The notes: generated by a model not told the origin, from the sequence alone. Positions 1 to 11,754 are shown, counted from the stretch's first letter. The stretch: 64,000 nucleotides of DNA from Alphaproteobacteria bacterium (GCA_965228895.1 OZ245842.1:128001-192000), one strand, 5' to 3'. A program made the numbers and translations.

Positions 1-1404
<1,404 letters not shown>

Positions 1405-1446
1405 GGGCAGGGGACGAAGACGTTGCCGAGCGATCGTACGATCAAC

Positions 1447-2337
1447 ATGGAAAGCGCCGCCGCGTCACCGGCGACGACGCCGGCCGACTTTCTGGCGCTT
1501 CTGAAGCCGCGCGTGATGTCGCTCGTCGTCTTTACCGGTGCAGTCGGTATCGTGGTCGCACCCGGCAACCTGCATCCCGTTCTCGCCTTGGTCGCGATCC
1601 TCTGTATCGCGGTCGGCGCCGGCGCGTCAGGCTGCATCAACATGTGGTACGAGCGCGACGTCGACGCGATCATGCGGCGGACGCGCAACCGGCCGATCCC
1701 GGCCGGGCGCATGGCGCCGCGCACGGCGCTTGAGTTCGGCGTAACGCTGGCGGTCGGTTCGGTCGCGTTCATGGGATTGGCGGTCAACTGGACAGCAGCC
1801 GGTCTGCTGGCGCTGGCGATCGCCTTCTATGTTTTTGTTTACACCGTCTGGCTGAAACGCCGCACGCCGCACAACATCGTCATCGGCGGCGCCGCCGGAG
1901 CCTTCCCGCCGATGATCGGCTGGGCGGCGGTGACGGGTGACGTGTCGATGGCCTCGATCGTGCTGTTCGCGATCATCTTTTTCTGGACGCCGCCGCATTT
2001 CTGGTCGCTCGCGCTCTACCGGACCGGCGATTATGAAAAGGCGGGTATCCCGATGCTGCCGGTGGTTGCTGGCGCGGCGGTAACGCGTCGCCAGATCCTG
2101 CTTTACGCGGTGTTGATGCTTCCCTTGACCCTGTTGCCGTGGGCCATGGGATTTGCCGGTGTCATCTATGGTGTCGGTGCGGCCCTTCTGGGCCTTGTTT
2201 TCATCTGGGGCGCGCTGCGTATCGTGATCGACAAGACCGATCAGGCGGCACGCTGGATGTTCCGTTTCTCGATCCTTTACCTCGCATTGATCTTCGGCCT
2301 CCTGGTCGTCGACAACGCGCTCCACGGGATCGTTTGA
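1447..2337 (+). CDS. ctaB: Protoheme IX farnesyltransferase (heme o synthase)
   Basis: LLKPRVMSLVVFT, MRRTRNRPIPAG, FFWTPPHFWSL motifs; in cox operon; ATG 1447 chosen over TTG 1423. Confidence 0.96.
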   Translation: MESAAASPATTPADFLALLKPRVMSLVVFTGAVGIVVAPGNLHPVLALVAILCIAVGAGASGCINMWYERDVDAIMRRTRNRPIPAGRMAPRTALEFGVTLAVGSVAFMGLAVNWTAAGLLALAIAFYVFVYTVWLKRRTPHNIVIGGAAGAFPPMIGWAAVTGDVSMASIVLFAIIFFWTPPHFWSLALYRTGDYEKAGIPMLPVVAGAAVTRRQILLYAVLMLPLTLLPWAMGFAGVIYGVGAALLGLVFIWGALRIVIDKTDQAARWMFRFSILYLALIFGLLVVDNALHGIV

Positions 2338-2341
2338 TGCC

Positions 2342-2485
2342 ATGCAGGCCGATGCCATGCAGTTAAGCGATGAACAGAAACGCCAGCGCCGTCGCCGTAA
2401 TGTTGCCTTGGGTTTGGTCCTCGGCGGGTTCATCGTGCTCGTCTACATCGTTACCTTGGTCAAGCTGGGCGGCGGAGCGAGCTGA
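2342..2485 (+). CDS. Small single-TM membrane protein, CoxF-like (47 aa)
   Basis: Manual translation MQADAMQLSDEQKRQRRRRNVALGLVLGGFIVLVYIVTLVKLGGGAS; fills the ctaB-ctaG gap; too short for the ORF track. Confidence 0.8.
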   Translation: MQADAMQLSDEQKRQRRRRNVALGLVLGGFIVLVYIVTLVKLGGGAS

Positions 2486-2487
2486 CG

Positions 2488-3087
2488 ATGCCTGATGCAG
2501 CGCGCCAACGCGGAAAGCGCAGGACGGTTCTGGCGACCCTTGCCGTCATCAGCTGCATGGTTGCGCTGACGGTAGCAGCGGTTCCGCTCTATCGCCTGTT
2601 CTGCCAGGTCACCGGCTTCGGCGGCACGCCGCAGATTGTCGATGCGGCGCCGGAACAGGGCGAAGACCGCTGGGTCACCGTGCGTTTCGATGCCAACACG
2701 GCACGCGGCATGCCCTGGTCGTTCCGCCCGCTCGATCGCGAGATCGAGGTTCGGGTCGGCGAACAGATGCTGATGTTTTATGAAGCCAGCAATCCGACGG
2801 ATCGGGCGATCACGGGTACCGCCACATTCAACGTGACGCCGGACAAGGCCGGTCTCTACTTCGCCAAGATCGACTGCTTCTGCTTTACCGAACAGACCTT
2901 GGCGCCGGGCGAAAGTGTCGAGATGCCGGTGTCGTTCTTCGTCGATCCCGAAATGTTCGACGACCCCATCACCGATGACGTGCACACGATTACGCTGTCC
3001 TATACGTTCTTCGAACAGGACAGCGATGAGGAACAGAACAGTGCCGCGCTCGTCCTGGACGAGACCGCCGACGCGGCGAGCAATTAG
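2488..3087 (+). CDS. ctaG: Cytochrome c oxidase assembly protein CtaG/Cox11
   Basis: VPLYRLFCQVTGFGGT and CFCF copper motif. Confidence 0.97.
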   Translation: MPDAARQRGKRRTVLATLAVISCMVALTVAAVPLYRLFCQVTGFGGTPQIVDAAPEQGEDRWVTVRFDANTARGMPWSFRPLDREIEVRVGEQMLMFYEASNPTDRAITGTATFNVTPDKAGLYFAKIDCFCFTEQTLAPGESVEMPVSFFVDPEMFDDPITDDVHTITLSYTFFEQDSDEEQNSAALVLDETADAASN

Positions 3088-3102
3088 ACGAAAGGTTGCC
3101 AG

Positions 3103-3918
3103 ATGGCCGAGCAGCATTCCCATAACCATCCTTACCACCTGGTCAACCCCAGCCCGTGGCCGGCGTTCGGCGCGTTTTCCGCGCTCGTGCTGGCTGGCGG
3201 CGCGCTCATGTATTTCAAGGATAACGACAATCTGTGGATGATCTTCCCGGGTCTGATCCTGTCGGTGCTCACCATGTACATGTGGTGGCGCGACGTGATC
3301 CGTGAAGCGATCGTCGACAAGGCCCACACACCGACTGTGCAACTGGGACTGCGCTATGGCATGGCCTTGTTCATTGCGTCGGAGGTCATGTTCTTCGTCG
3401 CGTGGTTCTGGGCCTATTTCAATGCCGCTCTGTTCCCGACCGAATGGATGGGCGGCATCTGGCCGCCTGAAGGCACCAAGACGTTCGATCCATGGGATCT
3501 GCCGTTCATCAACACGCTGATCCTGCTGACATCGGGCACCACGGTGACCTGGGCGCATCACGCCTTGAAGGAAGGCAACCGCGAGGGCCTGATCGCCGGC
3601 CTGTGGTTGACGGTCATTCTGGGCCTCCTCTTCACCAGCTTGCAGGCGGTGGAGTATCTGGTGGCGCCGTTCGGTTTCCGCGATGGCATCTATGGCTCGA
3701 CCTTCTACATGGCGACCGGCTTCCACGGCTTCCACGTCATCGTCGGCACCATCTTCCTGGCCGTGTGCCTGGTGCGCGCCTACAAGAACCAGTTCCTGCC
3801 CAACCAGCATTTCGGTTTCGAGGCGGCGGCCTGGTACTGGCACTTTGTCGATGTCGTCTGGCTGTTCCTGTTCACCGCCATCTACTGGTGGGGCGCGGGC
3901 GAGATCGTGCGTCACTAG
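3103..3918 (+). CDS. coxC: Cytochrome c oxidase subunit III
   Basis: [39 protein letters not shown]. Confidence 0.98.
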   Translation: MAEQHSHNHPYHLVNPSPWPAFGAFSALVLAGGALMYFKDNDNLWMIFPGLILSVLTMYMWWRDVIREAIVDKAHTPTVQLGLRYGMALFIASEVMFFVAWFWAYFNAALFPTEWMGGIWPPEGTKTFDPWDLPFINTLILLTSGTTVTWAHHALKEGNREGLIAGLWLTVILGLLFTSLQAVEYLVAPFGFRDGIYGSTFYMATGFHGFHVIVGTIFLAVCLVRAYKNQFLPNQHFGFEAAAWYWHFVDVVWLFLFTAIYWWGAGEIVRH

Positions 3919-3937
3919 CGCCGGATCCTCGGATTCG

Positions 3938-4315
3938 TTGGCCGACACACACCCCACGCTCTCGCCATTCGGCACCGGCATCAGGGGACGTTGTCCGCGT
4001 TGTGGTCGCGGCAAGCTCTTCAACGGCTACCTGCGCGTCGCCGATACGTGTGACGTCTGCGGCCTGACGCTTGCCCATGAAGATGCCGGCGACGGCCCGG
4101 CTGTCTTCATCATCCTGATCTACGGGTTCGTCATGGCGGCGCTGGCGACCTGGGTCGAGCTCAGTTATGAGCCGCCTTTCTGGGTCCATGGCGTCATCTT
4201 CGGGCCGCTCATCATCGTCGGTTCGATCCTGCTGTTGCGCCCATTCAAAGGCGTGATGATCGCGTTGCAGTACAGGCACCGCGTCGCCGGATTCGAGAAC
4301 GAGCCGCCGGGTTGA
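3938..4315 (+). CDS. DUF983 family membrane protein
   Basis: RGRCPRCGRGKLF, CDVCG, DAGDGPAVF, LLRPFKG; TTG start at 3938 inferred; usual position between coxC and surf1. Confidence 0.88.
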   Translation: MADTHPTLSPFGTGIRGRCPRCGRGKLFNGYLRVADTCDVCGLTLAHEDAGDGPAVFIILIYGFVMAALATWVELSYEPPFWVHGVIFGPLIIVGSILLLRPFKGVMIALQYRHRVAGFENEPPG

Positions 4316-4327
4316 GAGGGCGTCTCT

Positions 4328-5038
4328 ATGCGCCATTCGCCGCTCGTCATCACCCTGTTCGTCCTACCCATGCTGGCGGTCTTGATTGGGCTTGGCGTGT
4401 GGCAGCTAGATCGTCTTTCCTGGAAGCGCGATCTCATTGCAGCCATGGAGCAGCGCATGGGCGAGGCACCGCTGGAACTTTCCGAAATTCTGGCGCTGCC
4501 CGCCGACGAGCGGCCCTGGCGGCCGGTCAGGGTGGTCGGCACGTTTCTGAACGACCGCGAGATGCCGCTGTATCGTCCCGCCGTCGACGGCGGTGCCGTC
4601 GGCTACCACATCATCACGCCCCTGCTGCTGGCCGACGGCCGCGCGGTTCTGGTCAATCGCGGGTGGGTGCCGCTGGAAAAACGACTGGCGGAGTCGAGGA
4701 CCGGGTCGCCGGAAGGCCAGGTCTGGGTCACCGGCATCGTGCGCGACGTTGGCGAACGCACGACCTTTACCAACGACAACAACCCGTCGACCGGTGAATG
4801 GTATTGGTTCGATCCCGACGCCATGGCGGCTGAGGCCGGCGTACCGCTGCTGCCGATTGTCGTGGTCGCCGATCAGGGTAGCGACCCCCAGCAACTGCCG
4901 ATCGGTGGCCAGGTGCGGCTCGAAATACCCAATCATCATCTGCAGTACGCGCTGACCTGGTTTGCGCTGGCGGCGGTTCTGCTGGTCATTTATGGCATTC
5001 TGCTGATGCGCACGCGACGCAGAAAGGACACGCCATGA
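4328..5038 (+). CDS. surf1: SURF1 family cytochrome oxidase biogenesis protein
   Basis: LGVWQLDRLSWK, VLVNRGWVP, NHHLQYALTWF. Confidence 0.95.
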   Translation: MRHSPLVITLFVLPMLAVLIGLGVWQLDRLSWKRDLIAAMEQRMGEAPLELSEILALPADERPWRPVRVVGTFLNDREMPLYRPAVDGGAVGYHIITPLLLADGRAVLVNRGWVPLEKRLAESRTGSPEGQVWVTGIVRDVGERTTFTNDNNPSTGEWYWFDPDAMAAEAGVPLLPIVVVADQGSDPQQLPIGGQVRLEIPNHHLQYALTWFALAAVLLVIYGILLMRTRRRKDTP

Positions 5039-6519
5039 CGGCGGCCTATGTCGAACTGGAAAAACGTTTTGCGCACCTGGCGACGTTCCGGGAAACCGCC
5101 GGCATCTTGAACTGGGACCGCGAGACGATGATGCCGCCGGGTGGCGCGCCAGGTCGGGCCGACCAGCTCGCCGCGCTCGATGGCTTGTGCCACGGCATGC
5201 TTAGCGACCCGTCGCTCGCTGACCTTCTTGACCGGGCTGAGTCCGACGATGGCGCGCTCGACCAGGCCCAGCAGGCCAACCTCAACGCCATGCGGCGATC
5301 CTGGCGCCAGGCTAATGCGGTGCCGGCCGATCTGGTCGAAGCCCATTCACGGGCCTGCTCGGCCTGCCAGGAGGTGTGGCTAAGGGCCCGTCCGGCGGCT
5401 GATTTCGCCGCCTTCCTGCCGGCGCTCACGGAGGTCTTGAATTTGACGCGCCAAGGTGCGGTCGCCAAGGCCGAGGCGCTTGGAACGTCGCCCTATGATG
5501 CCTTGCTCGACGAGTACGATCCCGGCCTGACCGAAGCGCGTATCGATCCCCTGTTCGACCGGCTGGCCGATGTGTTGCCCGGCTATCTCGAGGGCGCCCG
5601 ATCGCGCCAGCAGGAGCCGGAACCGTTGACCGGTCCGTTCCCGGTGGCCGATCAGGAAGCGCTTGGTTTGAAGCTGATGGCCGCGGCGGGGTTCGACTTC
5701 AATCGCGGCCGCCTCGACGTCAGCGCTCACCCGTTCACAGGCGGTGCGACCGGCGATGTGCGCATCACCACGCGCTACGACGAGGACGACTTTGCCTCCG
5801 GCATGATGGCGGTGATGCATGAGACCGGCCATGCGCTCTATGAGCAGGGCCTGCCCGAGGCCTGGACCGGGCAGCCGGCCGGGCGTGACGCCAGCATGTC
5901 GATCCATGAGAGCCAGTCGCTTCTGATCGAAATGCAGGTCAGTCGAAGCCGGCCGTTCCTGGAGTTCGCGGCACCGCTGATCAGCGAGGTTTTCGGCGGC
6001 AATGGACCCGCCTGGCAGGTCGACAATCTGGTCCGCCTGTCCAACCGCGTGGAACCCGGATTTATCAGGGTCGACGCTGACGAGATCACCTATCCCTTCC
6101 ATATCATCCTGCGTTACCGGTTGGAGCGTGCGCTGCTGGCCGGAGATCTGGATCCGGCCGACCTGCCGGGGGCATGGGGTGACGGCATGAAGGCGCTGAT
6201 CGGTATCCGTCCGCCCGATGACCGGCTGGGCTGTCTGCAGGACATTCACTGGGCTGTTGGGCTTGTCGGCTACTTCCCGACCTATACGCTTGGTGCGTTG
6301 GCGGCGGCCCAGCTCTACCGCGCGGCGCTTGATGCCCACCCGGATATTCCCGACTGTCTGCGCGCCGGCGATTTCAGCGTCTTGCTGTCGTGGTTGCGCC
6401 AGAATGTGCACCAATGGGGCGCGATGTTGACCAGTGACGCGATCATTGAGAAAGCGTCCGGTGCGCCCCTCAGCACGGCGGCGTTTGAGGCCCACCTTGG
6501 CGAACGCTATGGCGGATAA
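5035..6519 (+). CDS. Carboxypeptidase Taq family (peptidase M32)
   Basis: HPF, DVRITTRY, HETGH, HESQS, IRVDADE, GCLQDIHW, GYFPTY. Confidence 0.96.
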   Translation: MTAAYVELEKRFAHLATFRETAGILNWDRETMMPPGGAPGRADQLAALDGLCHGMLSDPSLADLLDRAESDDGALDQAQQANLNAMRRSWRQANAVPADLVEAHSRACSACQEVWLRARPAADFAAFLPALTEVLNLTRQGAVAKAEALGTSPYDALLDEYDPGLTEARIDPLFDRLADVLPGYLEGARSRQQEPEPLTGPFPVADQEALGLKLMAAAGFDFNRGRLDVSAHPFTGGATGDVRITTRYDEDDFASGMMAVMHETGHALYEQGLPEAWTGQPAGRDASMSIHESQSLLIEMQVSRSRPFLEFAAPLISEVFGGNGPAWQVDNLVRLSNRVEPGFIRVDADEITYPFHIILRYRLERALLAGDLDPADLPGAWGDGMKALIGIRPPDDRLGCLQDIHWAVGLVGYFPTYTLGALAAAQLYRAALDAHPDIPDCLRAGDFSVLLSWLRQNVHQWGAMLTSDAIIEKASGAPLSTAAFEAHLGERYGG

Positions 6520-6522
6520 GAC

Positions 6523-7926
6523 ATGCAGTATGTGAGTACGCGCGGCCGCGCGCCGGCTCTGAACTTCGAGGACGCCATGCTGACGGGTCTGGCCCCCGAC
6601 GGCGGGCTCTATCTGCCTGAAGCCTGGCCGCAGTTCTCGGCTGATGATATCCAGGCGATGGCCGGTTTCAGCTATGCCGAGATTGCCGCGCGGGTCATGG
6701 CGCCGTTTGTCGACGGCTGGATCGAACCGGACGCCCTGCACGACCTGACGCGCGAAACCTATGCGGTGTTCGATCACGCCGCCGTCGTGCCGATGACCCA
6801 ACTCGGCGACAACGACTGGCTCCTGGAGCTTTTCCATGGGCCGACGTTTGCCTTCAAGGATATCGCCCTTCAACTGCTCGGCCGGTTGTTCGACCGAGCG
6901 CTCGCGCGCCGTGACACCCGCGTGACGATCGTCGGCGCGACGTCCGGCGACACAGGCTCGGCTGCGATTGCCGGCTGCGCCGGGCGCGATCGGATCGAGA
7001 CCTTTATCCTGTTCCCGAACGGGCGTGTCAGCGACGTGCAGCGCCGCCAAATGACGACGGTCCAGGCGGACAACGTCCATTGTCTGGCGATCGACGGCAC
7101 GTTCGACGACTGTCAGGCCCTGGTCAAAGCGATGTTTGGTGACGATCAGTTCCGCCGCTCGATCGGCATGGCCGCGGTCAACTCGATCAACTGGGCGCGC
7201 GTCATGGCCCAGATCGTCTATTACTTCGCGTCGGCCGTCCGGCTGGGCGCGCCGGCGCGCGAGGTCGCGTTCAGCGTGCCGTCGGGTAACTTCGGGGCCA
7301 TTTTCGCCGGTTTTGCCGCGCGCAAGATGGGTTTGCCGATCGCCCGGTTGATTGTCGCGACCAACGCCAACGATATCCTGGTCCGATTCGTCGAGTCGGG
7401 CGAATATCGCAAATCGACCGTCGTCGAGACCTACAGCCCCAGCATGGATATCCAGGTCTCAAGCAACTTTGAACGCGCCTTGTTCGAGCTGCACGACCGC
7501 GACGGCGACACGATCGAGCGCCTGATGGCGGATCTGGCCCGCGATGGCGGCTTCGCCGTCAGCGCCGACGTCACCGGTGCGACACGGCAGGTCTTTGATG
7601 CCTGCCGCCTGGATGACGAGGGGATTTTGCAGGAAATCCGCCGGATTCACGGCGAATCCGGCACCATCGTCGATCCCCACACGGCCTGCGGCACGGCGGC
7701 GGCTAGGGCTACCGGCGTTCCCGCCGACGTGCCGGTCATCGTTCATGGCCAGGCCCATCCGGCCAAATTTCCTGACGCGGTTGCAGCCGCGATCGGTCAC
7801 GCACCCCCGGCGCCGGCCCGTTTGGCCGAGGTCATGGATGGGCCGGAACGAGTCGAACACTTGCCAAACGACTTGGCCGCCGTGCAAGCTTTCATCAAGA
7901 AAGCAAAAACGTCTGGTGGGCCATGA
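6523..7926 (+). CDS. thrC: Threonine synthase
   Basis: MQYVSTRG, ELFHGPTFAFKD (PLP Lys), GATSGDTG, NSINWAR. Confidence 0.97.
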   Translation: MQYVSTRGRAPALNFEDAMLTGLAPDGGLYLPEAWPQFSADDIQAMAGFSYAEIAARVMAPFVDGWIEPDALHDLTRETYAVFDHAAVVPMTQLGDNDWLLELFHGPTFAFKDIALQLLGRLFDRALARRDTRVTIVGATSGDTGSAAIAGCAGRDRIETFILFPNGRVSDVQRRQMTTVQADNVHCLAIDGTFDDCQALVKAMFGDDQFRRSIGMAAVNSINWARVMAQIVYYFASAVRLGAPAREVAFSVPSGNFGAIFAGFAARKMGLPIARLIVATNANDILVRFVESGEYRKSTVVETYSPSMDIQVSSNFERALFELHDRDGDTIERLMADLARDGGFAVSADVTGATRQVFDACRLDDEGILQEIRRIHGESGTIVDPHTACGTAAARATGVPADVPVIVHGQAHPAKFPDAVAAAIGHAPPAPARLAEVMDGPERVEHLPNDLAAVQAFIKKAKTSGGP

Positions 7927-9182
7927 GTGTTGATGTATCCACGCTTGCCAATGGCATGCGTGTCGTCACCGACCGTATTGAGGGCGTCGAAAGCGCGGCG
8001 GTCGGGGTGTGGGTTGACGTCGGGGCGCGCGACGAACCGTCTGAGCTGAACGGCATCTCCCATCTGCTGGAGCACATGGCGTTCAAGGGGACGGAACGCC
8101 GCGACGCCCAGTCGATCGCCCAGGAAATCGAGGATGTCGGCGGTCATGTGAATGCCTATACGTCGCGCGAACATACGGCCTATTACGCGCGTATCCTGAA
8201 AGACGACGTGCCGCTGGCGGTCGATATCCTGGCCGACATTCTGCAAAACTCGACGTTCTGCGACGACGAACTCGAACGCGAGCGCTGGGTCGTCATGCAG
8301 GAGATCGCCCAGGTTTACGATACGCCCGACGATTTGGTGTTCGACTTGTTCCAGGAATGCGCGTTTCCCGACCAGCCGATGGGCCGCTCCATCTTGGGCA
8401 CGCCGGAAAAGGTCGACGGTTTCAGCCGCGACGCGCTGAGCGACTTCATGGGCCAGTTCTATAGCGGCGACAGCATGGTGCTGGCGGCGTCCGGTGCCGT
8501 TGATCACAGTCAACTCGTCGGCCTCGCCGAGGAGCATTTTGCCGGCCTGCGCCACGCCAACATGCATTCAGCCGAACCGGTCGCCTATGGCGGCGGCGCC
8601 AAAGAGCAGGCAGACGACGTCGAACAGGTTCACATGGTCGTTGGCTTCGATGGCGTCGGTTACGAGGATCCCGACTATTATGCGGTCCAGCTTTTGTCGA
8701 ACGCGCTGGGCGGTGGCATGTCGTCGCGGCTGTTCCAGGAAATCCGCGAGAAGCGTGGTCTTGCCTATTCGATCTATTCCTTCGGTTCGTCGTTCATTGA
8801 CGGCGGCTTGTTCGGCGTCTACGCCGGTTGTGCCGATGAGGATTCCAACGAGGTCGGCGAGGTGATCGCCCACGAGCTGAAGCGCGCGACCGACGGCATC
8901 AGCGATTCCGAGCTGGAACGTGCGCGGACCCAATTGAAGGCGGGTCTCCTGATGTCGCGCGAAAGCACGTCGTCGCGCTGCGAAACCGTCGCGCGCCAGA
9001 TGCTGGTCTTCGGACGGCCCGTGCCGCAAGACGAGATCGTCGCCAAACTGGACGCGGTCGATGGCGACCAGATCACATCGAGCGCCGAACGTCTTTTCCA
9101 TACCTGTCAGCCGACCGTCGCCAGTATTGGCCCGGCCGGCTACCAACAACACTACGAAAGGATCGCCGGGCATTTCGCCTGA
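7923..9182 (+). CDS. M16 family zinc peptidase (MPP-beta/pitrilysin-like)
   Basis: Inverted HXXEH (HLLEH), NAYTSRE, GGGMSSRLFQEIREKRGLAY. Confidence 0.95.
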   Translation: MSVDVSTLANGMRVVTDRIEGVESAAVGVWVDVGARDEPSELNGISHLLEHMAFKGTERRDAQSIAQEIEDVGGHVNAYTSREHTAYYARILKDDVPLAVDILADILQNSTFCDDELERERWVVMQEIAQVYDTPDDLVFDLFQECAFPDQPMGRSILGTPEKVDGFSRDALSDFMGQFYSGDSMVLAASGAVDHSQLVGLAEEHFAGLRHANMHSAEPVAYGGGAKEQADDVEQVHMVVGFDGVGYEDPDYYAVQLLSNALGGGMSSRLFQEIREKRGLAYSIYSFGSSFIDGGLFGVYAGCADEDSNEVGEVIAHELKRATDGISDSELERARTQLKAGLLMSRESTSSRCETVARQMLVFGRPVPQDEIVAKLDAVDGDQITSSAERLFHTCQPTVASIGPAGYQQHYERIAGHFA

Positions 9183-9186
9183 CGCG

Positions 9187-9831
9187 GTGAGGGTGCTGAA
9201 CCTCCTGAAACGCACGCCCAGCGACCAACCGGGACCGGTGTTGACCGGGGACCGGGTTCTGTTGCGCCCGGCGCGCATGGAGGACTGGTCGTCATGGGCC
9301 GAGGTGCGGCGTGTGTCGCGTGCCTTTCTCGAACCGTGGGAGCCGACCTGGGCGTCCGACAGTCTGACCCAGCAGGCGTTCCGTCGGCGCGTGCGTATCC
9401 TGCAGCGCGAACGTCTGGCCGGCACGTCGTCCGGCCTTCTCATGTTCGACCGTGAAGGCGGCCAGGTCATTGGCGGCCTGACCATCGCCGATATCCGGCG
9501 CGGCGTCGCCATGACGTGTTCGATCGGCTATTGGGTCGGTGAACCCTATGCACGGCAGGGATACATGAGCGAAGGTGTTGCCGTTGTCATGACGCATATC
9601 TTCGAGACCTTGCGTCTGCATAGGGTCGAGGCGGCGTGCCTGCCCGACAACGAAGCAAGCCAACGTCTGCTGCGTCGCCTGGGATTCCATGAGGAGGGCC
9701 TTGCGCGCGGTTACCTGAAGATCGATGGGCGTTGGCAGGACCACCGCCTGTTCGCACTGTTGGAATCGGACTGGCGTCAACAGCGTCTTCGGCATCAGCA
9801 GCATCAAGCCGCCGCACTTGCCGGCGACTGA
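9187..9831 (+). CDS. RimJ-like GNAT N-acetyltransferase
   Basis: SRAFLEPWEPTW, IGYWVGEPYARQGYM, LHRVEAACLPDN, KIDGRWQDH; GTG start at 9187 or 9193 inferred. Confidence 0.9.
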   Translation: MRVLNLLKRTPSDQPGPVLTGDRVLLRPARMEDWSSWAEVRRVSRAFLEPWEPTWASDSLTQQAFRRRVRILQRERLAGTSSGLLMFDREGGQVIGGLTIADIRRGVAMTCSIGYWVGEPYARQGYMSEGVAVVMTHIFETLRLHRVEAACLPDNEASQRLLRRLGFHEEGLARGYLKIDGRWQDHRLFALLESDWRQQRLRHQQHQAAALAGD

Positions 9832-9852
9832 ATGGTAGACGACAAGTGCCGA

Positions 9853-10302
9853 CTAAGATCGGCCGGTTCCGATCATGAACGTGGCATCGATTGTCATCAC
9901 GACGACAGCGTCTTGATTGGTCATCGAACCGCGCCATGTGACGATGCCGCGATCGGGTTTGCTGCTGGAGACGCGTGTCTTCATGATCTCGATGGACGCG
10001 GTCAGCCGGTCGCCCGGACGAACAGGCGCGAGCCATCTGAGGTCATCAAGCCCGCCTGAGCCCAGACTCAATGACTCGTTAAGCAGGTTGCTGGCGAGCA
10101 ATCGCATGAAGAGACAGGCGGTCTGCCAACCGCTCGCGATCAAACCGCCATAGATGGAGATATCGGCCGTCACCGGGTCGGTATGGAATGGCTGGGGATC
10201 GTAGTCTCTTGCAAACGCGATGATGTCGTCCTGGCTGATGTCGATCGTGCCGAGATCGAAAACATCGCCGGCGACAAAGTCGTCAAAGCGACGGGGATTC
10301 AC
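9853..10302 (-). CDS. MaoC family dehydratase (hotdog fold)
   Basis: FARDYDPQPFHTD, GGLIASGWQT, LRWLAPVRPGD; GTG start at 10302 inferred. Confidence 0.9.
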   Translation of the reverse strand: MNPRRFDDFVAGDVFDLGTIDISQDDIIAFARDYDPQPFHTDPVTADISIYGGLIASGWQTACLFMRLLASNLLNESLSLGSGGLDDLRWLAPVRPGDRLTASIEIMKTRVSSSKPDRGIVTWRGSMTNQDAVVVMTIDATFMIGTGRS

Positions 10303-10309
10303 GGAACAG

Positions 10310-10888
10310 TCAGTTGGGTTTGCCGGAAACACCCGGGTCGGACGTCAGCATGCCGGGGTCGATGCCGATCTTGCCCAGCGCCTTGTTCCACTTCGCACTC
10401 AGGTTCTGGCCAAAGATCAAGTCCTCGTCGGCTTCGCAGGTCAACCAGCCGTTGCCTTGGATTTCGGCATCAAGCTGGCCCGGCGCCCAACCCGCATAAC
10501 CCAAGGCCAGCAGGCTGCGGCGCGGACCCGCGCCCTGCGACATCGCGCGCAACACATCGACGGTCGCGGTCAACGACACGCCTTCGGCAATCGGCAAGGT
10601 GCCGTCGTTGGAATAGTCGTCAGAATGAAGAACAAATCCACGGCCGGTTTCGACCGGGCCGCCGAAGTGCAACCGGATAGCATCGGCCGCCGGGCCTTGA
10701 TCGATGCCGAGCTGGGTCAGCAGATCGCAAAAACTCAAGTCGTCCAGGGGTTTGTTAACCACCAAACCCATCGCGCCGTCTTCGTTATGGGCGCACATGT
10801 AAACGAGTGTGCGTGCAAATCGCTCGTCGCCCATTGTCGGCATGGCGATCAAACAGTGGCCTTCCAGGTAGTCGGTGTTGCCGGTCAT
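10310..10888 (-). CDS. YqgE/AlgH family protein (UPF0301)
   Basis: [35 protein letters not shown]. Confidence 0.94.
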   Translation of the reverse strand: MTGNTDYLEGHCLIAMPTMGDERFARTLVYMCAHNEDGAMGLVVNKPLDDLSFCDLLTQLGIDQGPAADAIRLHFGGPVETGRGFVLHSDDYSNDGTLPIAEGVSLTATVDVLRAMSQGAGPRRSLLALGYAGWAPGQLDAEIQGNGWLTCEADEDLIFGQNLSAKWNKALGKIGIDPGMLTSDPGVSGKPN

Positions 10889-10977
10889 GGCCTTTCAACA
10901 TTGCGCGCCTGGAACAATTGTACATCCAGATGGAATGTCCGCCACACAGAAATCGGTGAGTGCGGTTTGATCGCCGA

Positions 10978-11039
10978 AGGGCGGATCATGGTTAGGTGGA
11001 ACTGCCTGACGGGTCCGTCTAACCATGTGAATCCGCTCT
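10978..11039. repeat. Palindromic element (62 bp) related in architecture to the 65-bp repeats
   Basis: agggcggat-catggttag...ctaaccatg-tga-atccgctct imperfect inverted repeat. Confidence 0.7.
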
Positions 11040-11050
11040 CCATCTATGAA

Positions 11051-11115
11051 TAGAGCAGATTGACCTAGTTTGACGTTATCGCGAAGCGACCCCATCAAAA
11101 CAGGATCTGCTCTAG
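11051..11115. repeat. 65-bp palindromic interspersed repeat, copy 1
   Basis: tagagcagat...atctgctcta terminal inverted repeat; 50/65 identical to 14212-14276 without gaps (counted by hand). Confidence 0.82.
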
Positions 11116-11198
11116 CGCACTTGTGGGCGGCCGTTGGCGCGTTATATGAACCCCTATCCTCGGTTCGAGGCAGATTTCACGATTCCCAGGGGGAAACC

Positions 11199-11681
11199 AT
11201 GACGATCAAAGTAGGCGACAAGGTGCCGTCGGGCACGATGCACACAATGACAGCCGATGGCCCGCAAGCAGTGACCACCGATGACTTGTTCGGCGGCAAG
11301 AAGGTCGCCCTGTTCTCCGTTCCCGGCGCCTTCACGCCGACCTGCTCGGCACAGCATTTGCCGAGCTTCGTCAACCATGCTGGCGATCTCAAAGCAAAGG
11401 GCGTCGACACCATCGCCTGCATGGCCGTGAACGATGCCTTTGTCATGGGCGCATGGGGCGATGATCAGCATGCCGAAGGCAAGGTGATGATGCTGGCCGA
11501 CGGCAGTGCAGACTACACCAAAGCGCTGGGGCTTGAGGTTGATCTTGCCGGTTACGGCATGGGCCTGCGCGGCAAGCGTTTTTCCATGGTCGTCGACGAC
11601 GGTGTCGTCACCCAGCTCAACATCGATGAAGACGGTTACGGCAGCACCAGCGCAGAGACCATGCTGGAGCAGCTCGGTTAA
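11199..11681 (+). CDS. Peroxiredoxin (Prx5/redoxin type)
   Basis: PGAFTPTCSAQH, VNDAFVMGAW, LADG; ATG 11199 after a G-rich RBS. Confidence 0.95.
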   Translation: MTIKVGDKVPSGTMHTMTADGPQAVTTDDLFGGKKVALFSVPGAFTPTCSAQHLPSFVNHAGDLKAKGVDTIACMAVNDAFVMGAWGDDQHAEGKVMMLADGSADYTKALGLEVDLAGYGMGLRGKRFSMVVDDGVVTQLNIDEDGYGSTSAETMLEQLG

Positions 11682-11706
11682 TCCGCCACGGCGCGAGTCT
11701 TCTTGA

Positions 11707-11740
11707 AGGCGGCCTCCGGTCTTGATCGGGGGCCGTTTGC
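11707..11740. terminator. Probable intrinsic terminator between convergent prx and rnhA
   Basis: ggcggcctccggt/atcgggggccgtt stem (G:U pairs) followed by ttg. Confidence 0.5.
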
Positions 11741-11754
11741 TTGACGGTGACGTC

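Noticed and set aside
9775-9831. Gln/His-rich C-terminal tail of the RimJ-like protein
   Set aside because: Short low-complexity tail with no supportable function
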